Of a DNA stretch of 64,000 nt, positions 54,907-63,664 are shown in pieces (the first letter of the stretch is position 1; the number at the start of each line of letters is the position of its first letter). Both the position numbers and the translations under genes were made by a program. The notes below the pieces were generated by a model, which did not search any database, was not told where the DNA came from, and worked only from the letters and a program-made list of their open reading frames with translations. The DNA is from Minisyncoccota bacterium (lineage in GTDB: Bacteria > Patescibacteriota > Minisyncoccia > Phycocordibacterales > UBA2100): positions 27,466 to 91,465 of the forward strand of contig JAYWCB010000002.1 in assembly GCA_043780835.1 (NCBI GenBank), written 5' to 3'.

Positions 54907-56031
54907 TTACTGTGCGAAGTCGCTTGGCTGCCAGCCGAGCGATATCAGATACGCCTTGAATGAAGGTGCAATATCGGCAATTTTAATCAGTGCCATATGA
55001 TTATATTGCGCCTGATTGTTTCTTCGAACACTTCTGAAGAAGCCTTCGACTGATTGAACATACGTATTTTTAACACCCGTCACAGGTTTGAGCGTGGACA
55101 CGGTAGATATAATTTCGTCCGCTCGCGATTCGCCATAGAACGTCGCGAGTGCAGCCGCGTATAAATAGCGCGGGTAGCTGTCCTGCCCCGGTACGGTGGC
55201 GGCAGTAGCTGAAAGGCTGAGCGCGTCTCGGAAAGGCGCAATCACGTCCTCAATCTTTGCAACACCTGCAGTCGCAAGTTTACGCTCCACAATTCCTTCT
55301 CTTGTGAGGGCATCTATAAGCGGACCGGTTTCGTTTGCATCTTTGCGCATGCGATCAAGCTCGGGTTGCGCCTGCGATTGTAGTTCTTTAATTTTCGCGA
55401 TGTCTGCAATGCCTGCGGGACTGGTACTTGCGTTGTGTAATGTTTTTGATAGGTCCGTCGCATACCAATCCGCTTGACGCATAAGAGAAGGAGCGAGCAG
55501 GTAGAGCGAAGAAGCGTACTCATTCAAGCGTCTGAGCGCCATTTCGGTATCGACACCTTGCGCCATCTCTGCGTAGGGTGAATCTTTGAAAATCTCATCG
55601 CTCACCTCAGGATGGGAATAATTATATGTGTAGTAGAACGATGCGAGCTGTTGCACGGCATACGCTCTTATTTGCTTGAAATATCGCTCATTTGAAGCGA
55701 TTGATTTATATTGAGCTATAGCGTTGGCAAAATCCCCGCTCTCCTCAGTCGCGAGCGCAATTTTAAACCGAATTTGTGCTTCTGCTTGCGGATCAGAAGC
55801 ATTGGCAAGAGATGCCTGAAGTGCCTGCTTTGCCTCATCATACTGGCCTGCTTTCATGAGAGTCATCGCGTGAGAAAACGACTGATCTTCTTGGGTCAGT
55901 ACTTTATACGGCGTGCGAGATGCATCGTATTGATTTTGAGATCTTACGGCGGCAAACCAATACACCAAAAGTGCAACCGCGATAACGAAGAGGACGCCGA
56001 GTGCGAGTGATATATCTTTTCGTAGATTCAT
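54907..56031 (-). CDS. N-terminally anchored helical-repeat (TPR-like) protein (paralog of 43048-44211)
   Basis: TM plus helical repeats. Confidence 0.4.
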   Translation of the reverse strand: MNLRKDISLALGVLFVIAVALLVYWFAAVRSQNQYDASRTPYKVLTQEDQSFSHAMTLMKAGQYDEAKQALQASLANASDPQAEAQIRFKIALATEESGDFANAIAQYKSIASNERYFKQIRAYAVQQLASFYYTYNYSHPEVSDEIFKDSPYAEMAQGVDTEMALRRLNEYASSLYLLAPSLMRQADWYATDLSKTLHNASTSPAGIADIAKIKELQSQAQPELDRMRKDANETGPLIDALTREGIVERKLATAGVAKIEDVIAPFRDALSLSATAATVPGQDSYPRYLYAAALATFYGESRADEIISTVSTLKPVTGVKNTYVQSVEGFFRSVRRNNQAQYNHMALIKIADIAPSFKAYLISLGWQPSDFAQ

Positions 56032-56034
56032 ACA

Positions 56035-56310
56035 TTAGCCGCAACTACCGCCACTACCACCACTATCACATCCGGATCCACTGTCACTTCCTCCGGCGCT
56101 TCCGGCTCCGGAGTCAACCACTTCTGCGTGAACAGTTCCTGCGCCCAACACAGTGTCGCTCAAATGAGCAGATGATTTTGGCGAAGCCGTATAAAAGAGT
56201 ACGGTAAAAAATCCCACGGCTATGATGGAAGCTGCGGTTATCTTTCGGTAGTATCTGGAAAACGTCGAAATACCTTGTACGAGAAATGCCATATACGTAT
56301 TATTCCACAA
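56035..56310 (-). CDS. Small anchored peptide with Gly/Ser/Cys-rich C-terminal tail (candidate RiPP/TOMM-type precursor)
   Basis: TM AASIIAVGFFTVLFYTASP, conserved TVHAEVVDS, tail GAGSAGGSDSGSGCDSGGSGGSCG. Divergent from the YcaO-SagB genes. Confidence 0.45.
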   Translation of the reverse strand: MWNNTYMAFLVQGISTFSRYYRKITAASIIAVGFFTVLFYTASPKSSAHLSDTVLGAGTVHAEVVDSGAGSAGGSDSGSGCDSGGSGGSCG

Positions 56311-56399
56311 AAAGACGAATTGCTATGCAACCTGCTTCCAATTTGGGGATAATAGCTATTTCTTTGCTCAACAAAGACTGACTTGATATTATATCCTGG

Positions 56400-57839
56400 A
56401 TGATTCTTGATGCTGAGCTGTTTACTGTAGTCAAGAATGCCCACAATACGGACAGTTCTCAAAGTCCGATCGCGCGGTTTATTGCCTACATTGAAAAAAA
56501 ACTCGGCGTTGTTGTAGCGTACGATAAACACGACCTGCCCTATGGAAGGACAGATCTTTCGCAACAATTTACACTTGCTGCAAAACTTGAACACGCCGGT
56601 ATCCTTCGCACGTTCGGTCCAATCATTCCATTGGCGGACGAACCGCAAATGCGCTTATGGGGAACCCGCGACACGACCGATCAACACGCCGGTGGCGCAA
56701 CAATGAATGACGACGCGGCGGCATTGACCGCAGCGCTTGCAGAGGGTTTGGAGCGCTCAATTTGGAGAACGAAAAACGATTATTTTGACGGTGCTATCCG
56801 TGCGACAGTCGGAGAAATTGCGATCAAAGGCAGGTACATCGCCCCAAAATCCTTTGCAAGTTTCTCTGAGGAGCAGCGGGAAGGAAACTCACAACTACGC
56901 CTGCCTCCGGAAGCAACGTACACATGGATTAAGGGTAAATCATTGGTATCAAACGAAGCAACCTATGTGCCTGCTCAGACCGTGAGCGGTAATCGCGCCT
57001 GGCTTACCGATCCGTACAGTGAACCACGAATCCGTATACCGATTACCATCGGTCTCGCCACGTGGCCTACACGATCGGGTGCGCAACTCGCCGGCGCACT
57101 GGAAGTGATCGAACGAGAGGCGTATATGATTATGTGGCTCAACCAGCTCACGCTTCCCCACATTCGCTTGGAAGATTTACAAGCAAAGTACCCCGAACTT
57201 GAATCGGTATTATCTGACTGTAAACGATATCGCATCAAGCCGCACGTGATACCCATGCTTACCGATGCACCTGTGCATGCGGTCAGTGTCATTTTAGAGG
57301 ACATGTCGGGCAACGCACCCCGTTTTATTATCGGGTTAAAAGCCCATCGGTCGTTTGCGCTTGCGGTCGAAAAAGCCATTACCGAAGCCCTTCGTGGACG
57401 AGCATTTTGCCGAAGAGATTTTCTTCCCAAGGGCGACTGGGACACCTCGCGATCCGTAGACACCGTTGGTCATTATGAGCGACTCTATTATTGGAGCCAT
57501 CCGCAAAACGCGCGCAAATTGGAATTTCTGGTGAGCGGCGCGGAAATAGCCGTGCCGGAAACAACATGGGAAAATTTGTCGATCGAGGAACATCTCAAAA
57601 TGGTTACCGCATGGTGCGCGACGAATCAATTCGATTGCATTTCGGTATCATTGAGCACTAAAAAAAACAATCCCACGTCTTGGTACATTGAAATGGTGGT
57701 TATCCCGCAACTGCAACATACGTATCTCGACGAAAAACTCCGTCAACTCGGTGGAACGCGCCGCTTAGAGGTACCGAAACTGTTCGGCTATTCACCACGA
57801 CCCGCACCATACCTTGACGACCCTCATCCGTACGCATGA
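56400..57839 (+). CDS. YcaO-domain protein (ATP-dependent peptide-backbone-activating enzyme; cyclodehydratase/thioamidase family)
   Basis: GGATMNDDAAALTAALAEGLERSIW matches the YcaO ATP-binding region (G.G......A..SAL.EA.ER, ExxER). About 480 aa, typical size. Confidence 0.6.
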   Translation: MILDAELFTVVKNAHNTDSSQSPIARFIAYIEKKLGVVVAYDKHDLPYGRTDLSQQFTLAAKLEHAGILRTFGPIIPLADEPQMRLWGTRDTTDQHAGGATMNDDAAALTAALAEGLERSIWRTKNDYFDGAIRATVGEIAIKGRYIAPKSFASFSEEQREGNSQLRLPPEATYTWIKGKSLVSNEATYVPAQTVSGNRAWLTDPYSEPRIRIPITIGLATWPTRSGAQLAGALEVIEREAYMIMWLNQLTLPHIRLEDLQAKYPELESVLSDCKRYRIKPHVIPMLTDAPVHAVSVILEDMSGNAPRFIIGLKAHRSFALAVEKAITEALRGRAFCRRDFLPKGDWDTSRSVDTVGHYERLYYWSHPQNARKLEFLVSGAEIAVPETTWENLSIEEHLKMVTAWCATNQFDCISVSLSTKKNNPTSWYIEMVVIPQLQHTYLDEKLRQLGGTRRLEVPKLFGYSPRPAPYLDDPHPYA

Positions 57840-58596
57840 GCATATGACGATTTTTCTTTCACATCTGCATACTGCTTTACGCGCAACGCGATTCACCCGC
57901 CGAGGCGCGACGCGTCGACCTGAAGACGTGCCGCAAGGCACACATAAAGAATACAGTCGTATGGAACGTATTTCACTGCCGGAACCCGTGGTATTGGATA
58001 TTTCTCTACCCGAAGCGCTCTCCCGCCGTGTTTCATCACTGAATCAGGGTGGGGATACGCCGCTTTCGCTGCAGGATATTGGCACCGTATTTGGACTTGC
58101 GCTCAGACAGCACGCCGATTCGAATCACAGAAATTATCCGTCCGGTGGCGCACTCTATCCGATTGAAACGTATTTGATTGCAACATCACTGGAAGGTGCG
58201 GCTCCCGGGGTGTACCACTATCACCCCTCTGCACATGCACTTGAATACTTATGGGAACTCGAGCCGAATTTTGATATCACCCGACTCGTTCAGAAACCGG
58301 AGTTTCTCTTACCTTCCGCACTGATCGTGTTCACGAGTGTATGGCGTCGATCATCCGCAAAATACGGCGATTTCACGTACGGACTTTCATTACTCGAGGC
58401 AGGCCACATGTCGGAAAACGTGCTTCTCGTCTCAAGTGCACTCAAGCTCCAGGTGCGCCCCATGGCAGGATTCGACGACCAGCGAACGAATGATCTTTTG
58501 GACCTTGACCCTGATCTCGAGCAAGCGGTGCACTCTATTACGCTTTCGAAAGGCGCGCATGTGCAGACTCGCGCCCGTATGGATGCAGACGAATGA
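57814..58596 (+). CDS. SagB/McbC-type FMN-dependent dehydrogenase (nitroreductase fold)
   Basis: Hallmark NYPSGGALYPIETY (PSAGALYP-type motif). Size about 250 aa. Start may be the second Met at 57844 to avoid overlap with ycaO. Confidence 0.6.
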   Translation: MTTLIRTHEHMTIFLSHLHTALRATRFTRRGATRRPEDVPQGTHKEYSRMERISLPEPVVLDISLPEALSRRVSSLNQGGDTPLSLQDIGTVFGLALRQHADSNHRNYPSGGALYPIETYLIATSLEGAAPGVYHYHPSAHALEYLWELEPNFDITRLVQKPEFLLPSALIVFTSVWRRSSAKYGDFTYGLSLLEAGHMSENVLLVSSALKLQVRPMAGFDDQRTNDLLDLDPDLEQAVHSITLSKGAHVQTRARMDADE

Positions 58597-58609
58597 GCAA
58601 TGCTCGTGT

Positions 58610-60253
58610 ATGACCGCACAAGAAAAATTATTTCATCATGCAATCGCTGCCGGGGCTTTTATCCGCTCAAACGCGATAACTCCCATCATTCGATCCGAGC
58701 ATACCGGTGATCGGGATGAGTGGATATTTGATTTCAGAGCAATCATGCTGCAACCGACATGGCTTGCCTGCTACGCTGAACTATTCTGGGAACGATTCGC
58801 GACTCAGTACCCGTTTCAAGTGGGAGGACTTGAAACGGCATCAATCGCACTTATTACTGCAATCGTGATGAAAGGAATTGAGCGAGGCACACCAGTAAAT
58901 GGGTTTTATGTGCGAAAGTCGCGAAAACGACAGGGACTTATGAAACAAGTGGAGGGCACGCTGACCGATGATCCGATCGTACTCGTTGACGACCTCATAA
59001 ATTCGGGACAATCCTTCCTTCGACAACTTGAGATCCTCGAAAGTCTGGGGAAAACCGTTCGGGACGTGTTCGTAATCCTCGCGTTCCGCGACGATGCGAC
59101 CTATCACTTTTTAAACGATCGTGGTGTTCGTTTTTCAAAACTGTTTACGGTTGCTGATTTCGATATTCCACTCCTCAAGGAAACACCGGATGTCCCGGAT
59201 GATGCATTTGTTGAACATTGGTTGTATGCGCCGCAGCACATGAGTCACTATAATGTGGTACAAAAATCAGCTCCCATCCTGTTCGAAAACCTCATTCTGT
59301 ACGGCGGCGACGATGGTATCTTTCGAGCACTCGATAGCGAACATGGAACCGTCGTATGGAATTTTAAAGTAGGACGACATCCGGATGGAAAAGGAATATT
59401 GTCCTCGCCGTGCATATACAACGGCACGGTATTTTTTGGCGCGTATGACGGTAACGTATACGCGCTCAATGCGCGCAGCGGTACGCAACAATGGCAATAC
59501 GACCACGCAGATTGGATCGGTTCATCTCCTGCGGTAGCAGGAAAATTTGGAGTCATATGTATCGGTCTTGAATTCGGATTGTTCAGAAAGAGAGGCGGCA
59601 TCGCCGCGATCGATATTGCGACCGGTGTCGAACGGTGGAACGCACCACATGCAGCCCTTACCCACGGTTCGCCACTCTACATCGAATCAGAAGACATCGT
59701 CGTCATTGGCGATAATGACGGTGTCGTATACGCATATCGTGCTTCTGACGGTGAACTGTTGTGGCGAACACCGTGCGATAGTGACATCAAGACGACTCCT
59801 GCATATGACGCAAAACGTAAACAGATACTGTGCGGCACGATCAAAGGAACTCTCTATGCATTGTCCGTACACAACGGTTCTCCGATGCGCGCGTTTTCGA
59901 CTGCGGGATTTTATTCGATACCGCTCGTGATTGATGATGTGGCCTACGTTGCATCGCTCGACAAGCACCTGTACGCCCTCGATCTCGTCAGTTGGAAGCC
60001 GCGATGGGAGTTTCGCACCAATGGCCGCATTTTTGCATCGCCTCGCCTCTTCGACGATTCGGTATGGATCGGCTCCAACGACGGCAGACTCTACGAGATC
60101 GATCCGAAGACAGGCACGCTCATTCGTTTTTTCCAAACGACCGAAAGAATTTTGAACGCGGTCGAGTATGACGCATCGTCAAAAAAGATATATATTCCGA
60201 CATCATCGAACGGCATGTACTGCATATCTAAAAAGATGGGTGCGGATGCATAA
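58610..60253 (+). CDS. Orotate-PRTase-like domain fused to PQQ-repeat beta-propeller (paralog of 48146-49891)
   Basis: PIVLVDDLINSGQSF, FYVRKSRKRQGLMKQVEG, DGNVYALNARSGTQQW propeller blades. Start trimmed to MTAQEK after the SagB stop. Confidence 0.55.
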   Translation: MTAQEKLFHHAIAAGAFIRSNAITPIIRSEHTGDRDEWIFDFRAIMLQPTWLACYAELFWERFATQYPFQVGGLETASIALITAIVMKGIERGTPVNGFYVRKSRKRQGLMKQVEGTLTDDPIVLVDDLINSGQSFLRQLEILESLGKTVRDVFVILAFRDDATYHFLNDRGVRFSKLFTVADFDIPLLKETPDVPDDAFVEHWLYAPQHMSHYNVVQKSAPILFENLILYGGDDGIFRALDSEHGTVVWNFKVGRHPDGKGILSSPCIYNGTVFFGAYDGNVYALNARSGTQQWQYDHADWIGSSPAVAGKFGVICIGLEFGLFRKRGGIAAIDIATGVERWNAPHAALTHGSPLYIESEDIVVIGDNDGVVYAYRASDGELLWRTPCDSDIKTTPAYDAKRKQILCGTIKGTLYALSVHNGSPMRAFSTAGFYSIPLVIDDVAYVASLDKHLYALDLVSWKPRWEFRTNGRIFASPRLFDDSVWIGSNDGRLYEIDPKTGTLIRFFQTTERILNAVEYDASSKKIYIPTSSNGMYCISKKMGADA

Positions 60254-60282
60254 AAAGGCCGGCATCAATTGCCGGCCTTTTG
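60253..60282. terminator. Bidirectional terminator (aaaaggccggc-atcaatt-gccggcctttt)
   Basis: Perfect 9-bp stem flanked by A/T tracts between convergent genes. Confidence 0.55.
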
Positions 60283-60302
60283 CGAAGAACTGAACGAAAA
60301 GA

Positions 60303-60551
60303 CTATTTCATCTTGCCGGAGGATGTGCTCATGCTCTTCCACTGTTCGGATCGTGCGTTCGGTTGGTCGTTCACGAACTCTTTCGACGGCGTACAACTGG
60401 ACGAACAGGAAACGGCGCCTGGCATGTACTTGCTACACCACGCGACGCACGTAATTTTTCCTGCCGGACGGGATTGTGCGAGCGCCTCGCTCAGCGAGCC
60501 ACTGACTACCAGCAATGCCATGAGGGCAGATTTAGTAAGTAATTTCTGCAT
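60303..60551 (-). CDS. Small secreted Cys-rich peptide (82 aa precursor)
   Basis: Signal peptide MQKLLTKSALMALLVVSGSLSEALA. CVAWCSKYMPGAVSCSSSC. Strong SD AAGGAGG 6 nt upstream. Confidence 0.45.
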   Translation of the reverse strand: MQKLLTKSALMALLVVSGSLSEALAQSRPAGKITCVAWCSKYMPGAVSCSSSCTPSKEFVNDQPNARSEQWKSMSTSSGKMK

Positions 60552-60670
60552 CGCATCCTCCTTGAAGGTGATGTATCGCTTGATGCACTTTCTCAACCAC
60601 CAAAGTATTCTATAACTTAGAATCCTCCCGACGTCAATGGGTCTATTTATTCGGGGCGGGGCGATAATGA

Positions 60671-61216
60671 TTGCGCGGTATGCGATCTCGCTTCGATCAA
60701 TTTTCTTTCACAGCCGGTGTTTGTGTTGCGCTCCTTGTTCTCTGTTTCGGTGCTTGGTTTGGAATAGGAAAAATATTTTTTGCAATCGTGTTTGATCCAT
60801 CACTTCCGGCGCTCTCGCGTGTATCGTTTGCGAGATCACTCCTTTTTGGAGCGTTCACTGATAAACCCCTCGTGGAGTTGGCGTATCTTGTGAGCGTTGC
60901 AGTTCTTATCGGGGTGAATGCCACACTCACGAGCACCTACATTCGAACCTATCGCAAACTGGAAACATCATATGGCATATCGAGCGGTCTGCTTGGCCTT
61001 GTCTCCGCTGTGCTCGGTTTTGGGTGCGCCGCATGCGGCTCCCTCGGTGCAGGATGGGCACTGGCGTCTGTCGGTGCCGGTAGCCTTATCGCGGCACTTC
61101 CCTTTGGCGGCATTGAGTTACGCGTGAGTGCCCTCGCACTTCTTGCACTATCATCATATTTTATGATCCGCGAGCTTCGCCGCGCGCAGTCATATATGAA
61201 ATCATCGAAATCGTGA
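60671..61216 (+). CDS. Hypothetical polytopic membrane protein
   Basis: 4-5 hydrophobic helices. Confidence 0.4.
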   Translation: MRGMRSRFDQFSFTAGVCVALLVLCFGAWFGIGKIFFAIVFDPSLPALSRVSFARSLLFGAFTDKPLVELAYLVSVAVLIGVNATLTSTYIRTYRKLETSYGISSGLLGLVSAVLGFGCAACGSLGAGWALASVGAGSLIAALPFGGIELRVSALALLALSSYFMIRELRRAQSYMKSSKS

Positions 61217-61241
61217 CGAGCGTATTTGCTATGATAGCCAC

Positions 61242-61898
61242 ATGCAGCTCTACAGTGCCTTGCTCGATAGAAAGAGTAACGCTGTATTAATTGCCAGTAC
61301 CCACATATCCGCAATCGTTTTTTTGAATAAACACGTACCGGATACGGTTCACTGGCCGCTCGTACAAAGTCCAAATCATGAGCAGTCGTTTCCGCTTCAT
61401 GGCCTCGTGCCTGAACAGTATCCCAACTGGCACTGGGATGAAAAAGCCCGATTGTTCAGTCAGACTACCCCGCATGACGTTGCAGAAGCGCTCAGGGAGC
61501 GCGCGCAACTTACGGCAGCAAAATTCGGCGCGATTTCGAAAGTTATGTTTAATATCAATGCAGCGAGATACCAGAACCGGTCGGGAATAGAATTTCAAGA
61601 AACAGTTTATCTATTGAAGCGATTACAAGCCGAGGGATTCATCGCATCAAATTACGACGAGTCTCGCGCATCTGAATTTCCTCTTGTGGTGCAGTACGCG
61701 GATTTCTCGGGTTGTACCCTGCGCACAGCGGCGGACGACATTCGCTTTAAAGCGCGCTTGTACGAAGACCTGCTCGCAAAAAGCGAAATTCTACGCATGA
61801 AATATTTTCAGTTGATCGGCGATGCTGCCGAATCAGCGCTTCCGGAAATTTTAGGGGAATTTTATCGAGACTGCTACGAAAACGCACTCGTCGCATAA
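61242..61898 (+). CDS. Hypothetical protein
   Basis: ORF only. Confidence 0.3.
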   Translation: MQLYSALLDRKSNAVLIASTHISAIVFLNKHVPDTVHWPLVQSPNHEQSFPLHGLVPEQYPNWHWDEKARLFSQTTPHDVAEALRERAQLTAAKFGAISKVMFNINAARYQNRSGIEFQETVYLLKRLQAEGFIASNYDESRASEFPLVVQYADFSGCTLRTAADDIRFKARLYEDLLAKSEILRMKYFQLIGDAAESALPEILGEFYRDCYENALVA

Positions 61899-61908
61899 GT
61901 ACATACGC

Positions 61909-62994
61909 ATGAACAATCTTCTGTATTTCAACGCAGGCGTCACTGCACACTCACCTCTCCCCGGCATGAAAATGCTTTCGGGGCTCGCAAAGATTTTTAA
62001 AACGCGAGTAACGTTCGTGGATCGCAGCAATACCATCGCATCTCCGCTGCGAACTCAATCACTCTTTCCCCTTCCAGTCATGCGCACTTTTTCAAAGACG
62101 TACGAAAACATATGTGATGAACGTGCTGTTGAATTACTGACCACGGCAACCAAGCGCGGCTGCAAAATATATGTATCGTGGTCGGGCGGTATTGATTCCA
62201 CCACAGCGCTCGTTTCACTGCTGAAGCACGCAACCGTGGAACAAAGAAAATCGATTGTGGTACTCCTTACAGAGGACTCGATATTTGAAAATCCGGTATT
62301 TTATCGAGAGCATATACGAGGGCACCTTGCGCGGGAGTCGTCAATGCTGCTCCCGTATCTCGTCGGGGATGATCATATTTTCGTGAGCGGAGAACTCAAT
62401 GACCAATTGTTCGGTGCTGAAACAACAAATGGATTGATTAAACGATTCGGGCCGCACGCACCGCACAAAGCGTATGACAGAGATATGCTGCACACCTATT
62501 TTTTGGAAAAGAGCGGGGATGAAACTCTCACGACATTTTATCTGAATTTGTTCGAACGCATGCGGGACAATGCTCCGATTGATGTGGTCTCGAATCACGA
62601 TATGATTTGGTGGTTCAGTTTTGCCGTTAAATGGCAATCGGTGTACTACAGAGCGGTTTCATACGCCAGCACGCACAGCCTTCCGAAGATTTCGGCGGCA
62701 TATTTACATGAATCATTTACCCCGTTCTTTAATACGGAGGACTTCCAACTCTGGAGCATGCTCAACCCCGATAAAAAAATCGGTGATGGGTGGCACACCT
62801 ATAAATGGCCCGCGAAAGACATTATCTACAAATTTACCAAAGACGAACACTATCGCGATACCAAACTAAAATCAGGGTCGCTATCACTCGTGACGCTTCG
62901 CATGCACTCATATCGTTTTATTGACGACGACATGTGTTTTTCAGATACGATCAATCTCGACGATTACCACAATCCCATCAATGACTTCGTTTAA
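61909..62994 (+). CDS. PP-loop (SGGxDS) ATP-pyrophosphatase family protein (QueC/AsnB-C-terminal-like adenylating enzyme)
   Basis: KIYVSWSGGIDSTTALVSL PP-loop motif. Confidence 0.5.
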   Translation: MNNLLYFNAGVTAHSPLPGMKMLSGLAKIFKTRVTFVDRSNTIASPLRTQSLFPLPVMRTFSKTYENICDERAVELLTTATKRGCKIYVSWSGGIDSTTALVSLLKHATVEQRKSIVVLLTEDSIFENPVFYREHIRGHLARESSMLLPYLVGDDHIFVSGELNDQLFGAETTNGLIKRFGPHAPHKAYDRDMLHTYFLEKSGDETLTTFYLNLFERMRDNAPIDVVSNHDMIWWFSFAVKWQSVYYRAVSYASTHSLPKISAAYLHESFTPFFNTEDFQLWSMLNPDKKIGDGWHTYKWPAKDIIYKFTKDEHYRDTKLKSGSLSLVTLRMHSYRFIDDDMCFSDTINLDDYHNPINDFV

Positions 62995-63553
62995 TTATCT
63001 GACCCGTAGCTCGCTTGATACAAGCGATTACGCACGATATGGGATCTTCGATTTCAGGCTGATACCTTATCACGTCGATAGGTTCGTCAAACGGTTCAAA
63101 CTCTTGCACAGTATGCTCACGCTGACGAAGCGCACGCTCGAATAAAGGGCCGGAATTCGATCCGACACTCTCAGCAATGCGCTCTTGGATAGCACCTTCG
63201 TCTGAGTCGAGCCAAATCGTAACAACATTCGAAAAATGGCGTCTTGCCGCAGTGATTAAATGTTCACGTGGAAGTCGTCGATGTAATAGATGCTCAACGA
63301 TGACACCATCGTACATTTTCGACAACAGCGGAAAATCCCTTACGATCTTCTCCAGCCGCTGCACACGGAGTGCGTCTGTAATGATGACCGGATCGGTATG
63401 TATCACAGTTGATGAGCGCTCGAAACGGGATGGCACAACAGATCCATTTCGGGCAGTGTCGTGCCAAAAGAAGCCTGTAGCATCAGAAAAAGCCCGTGCG
63501 AGCTGGCGTTTACCGCTCCCCTGAAGACCGCCGAGAAGGATAAGCATAGTCAA
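62978..63553 (-). CDS. P-loop kinase-like protein with atypical Walker A (GGLQGSGKR)
   Basis: MLILLGGLQGSGKRQLA, about 190 aa like small-molecule/polynucleotide kinase folds. Confidence 0.35.
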   Translation of the reverse strand: MTMLILLGGLQGSGKRQLARAFSDATGFFWHDTARNGSVVPSRFERSSTVIHTDPVIITDALRVQRLEKIVRDFPLLSKMYDGVIVEHLLHRRLPREHLITAARRHFSNVVTIWLDSDEGAIQERIAESVGSNSGPLFERALRQREHTVQEFEPFDEPIDVIRYQPEIEDPISCVIACIKRATGQIIKRSH

Positions 63554-63664
63554 ATTGTCTCGTATCGATCCGCGAGATGCAACCGAAATTGACCGCGCGT
63601 ACGACCACTCGTATAGTGTGCCGCGGGACGAACAGAATGTTTGTCATTATGTGGAGAATCTGAA

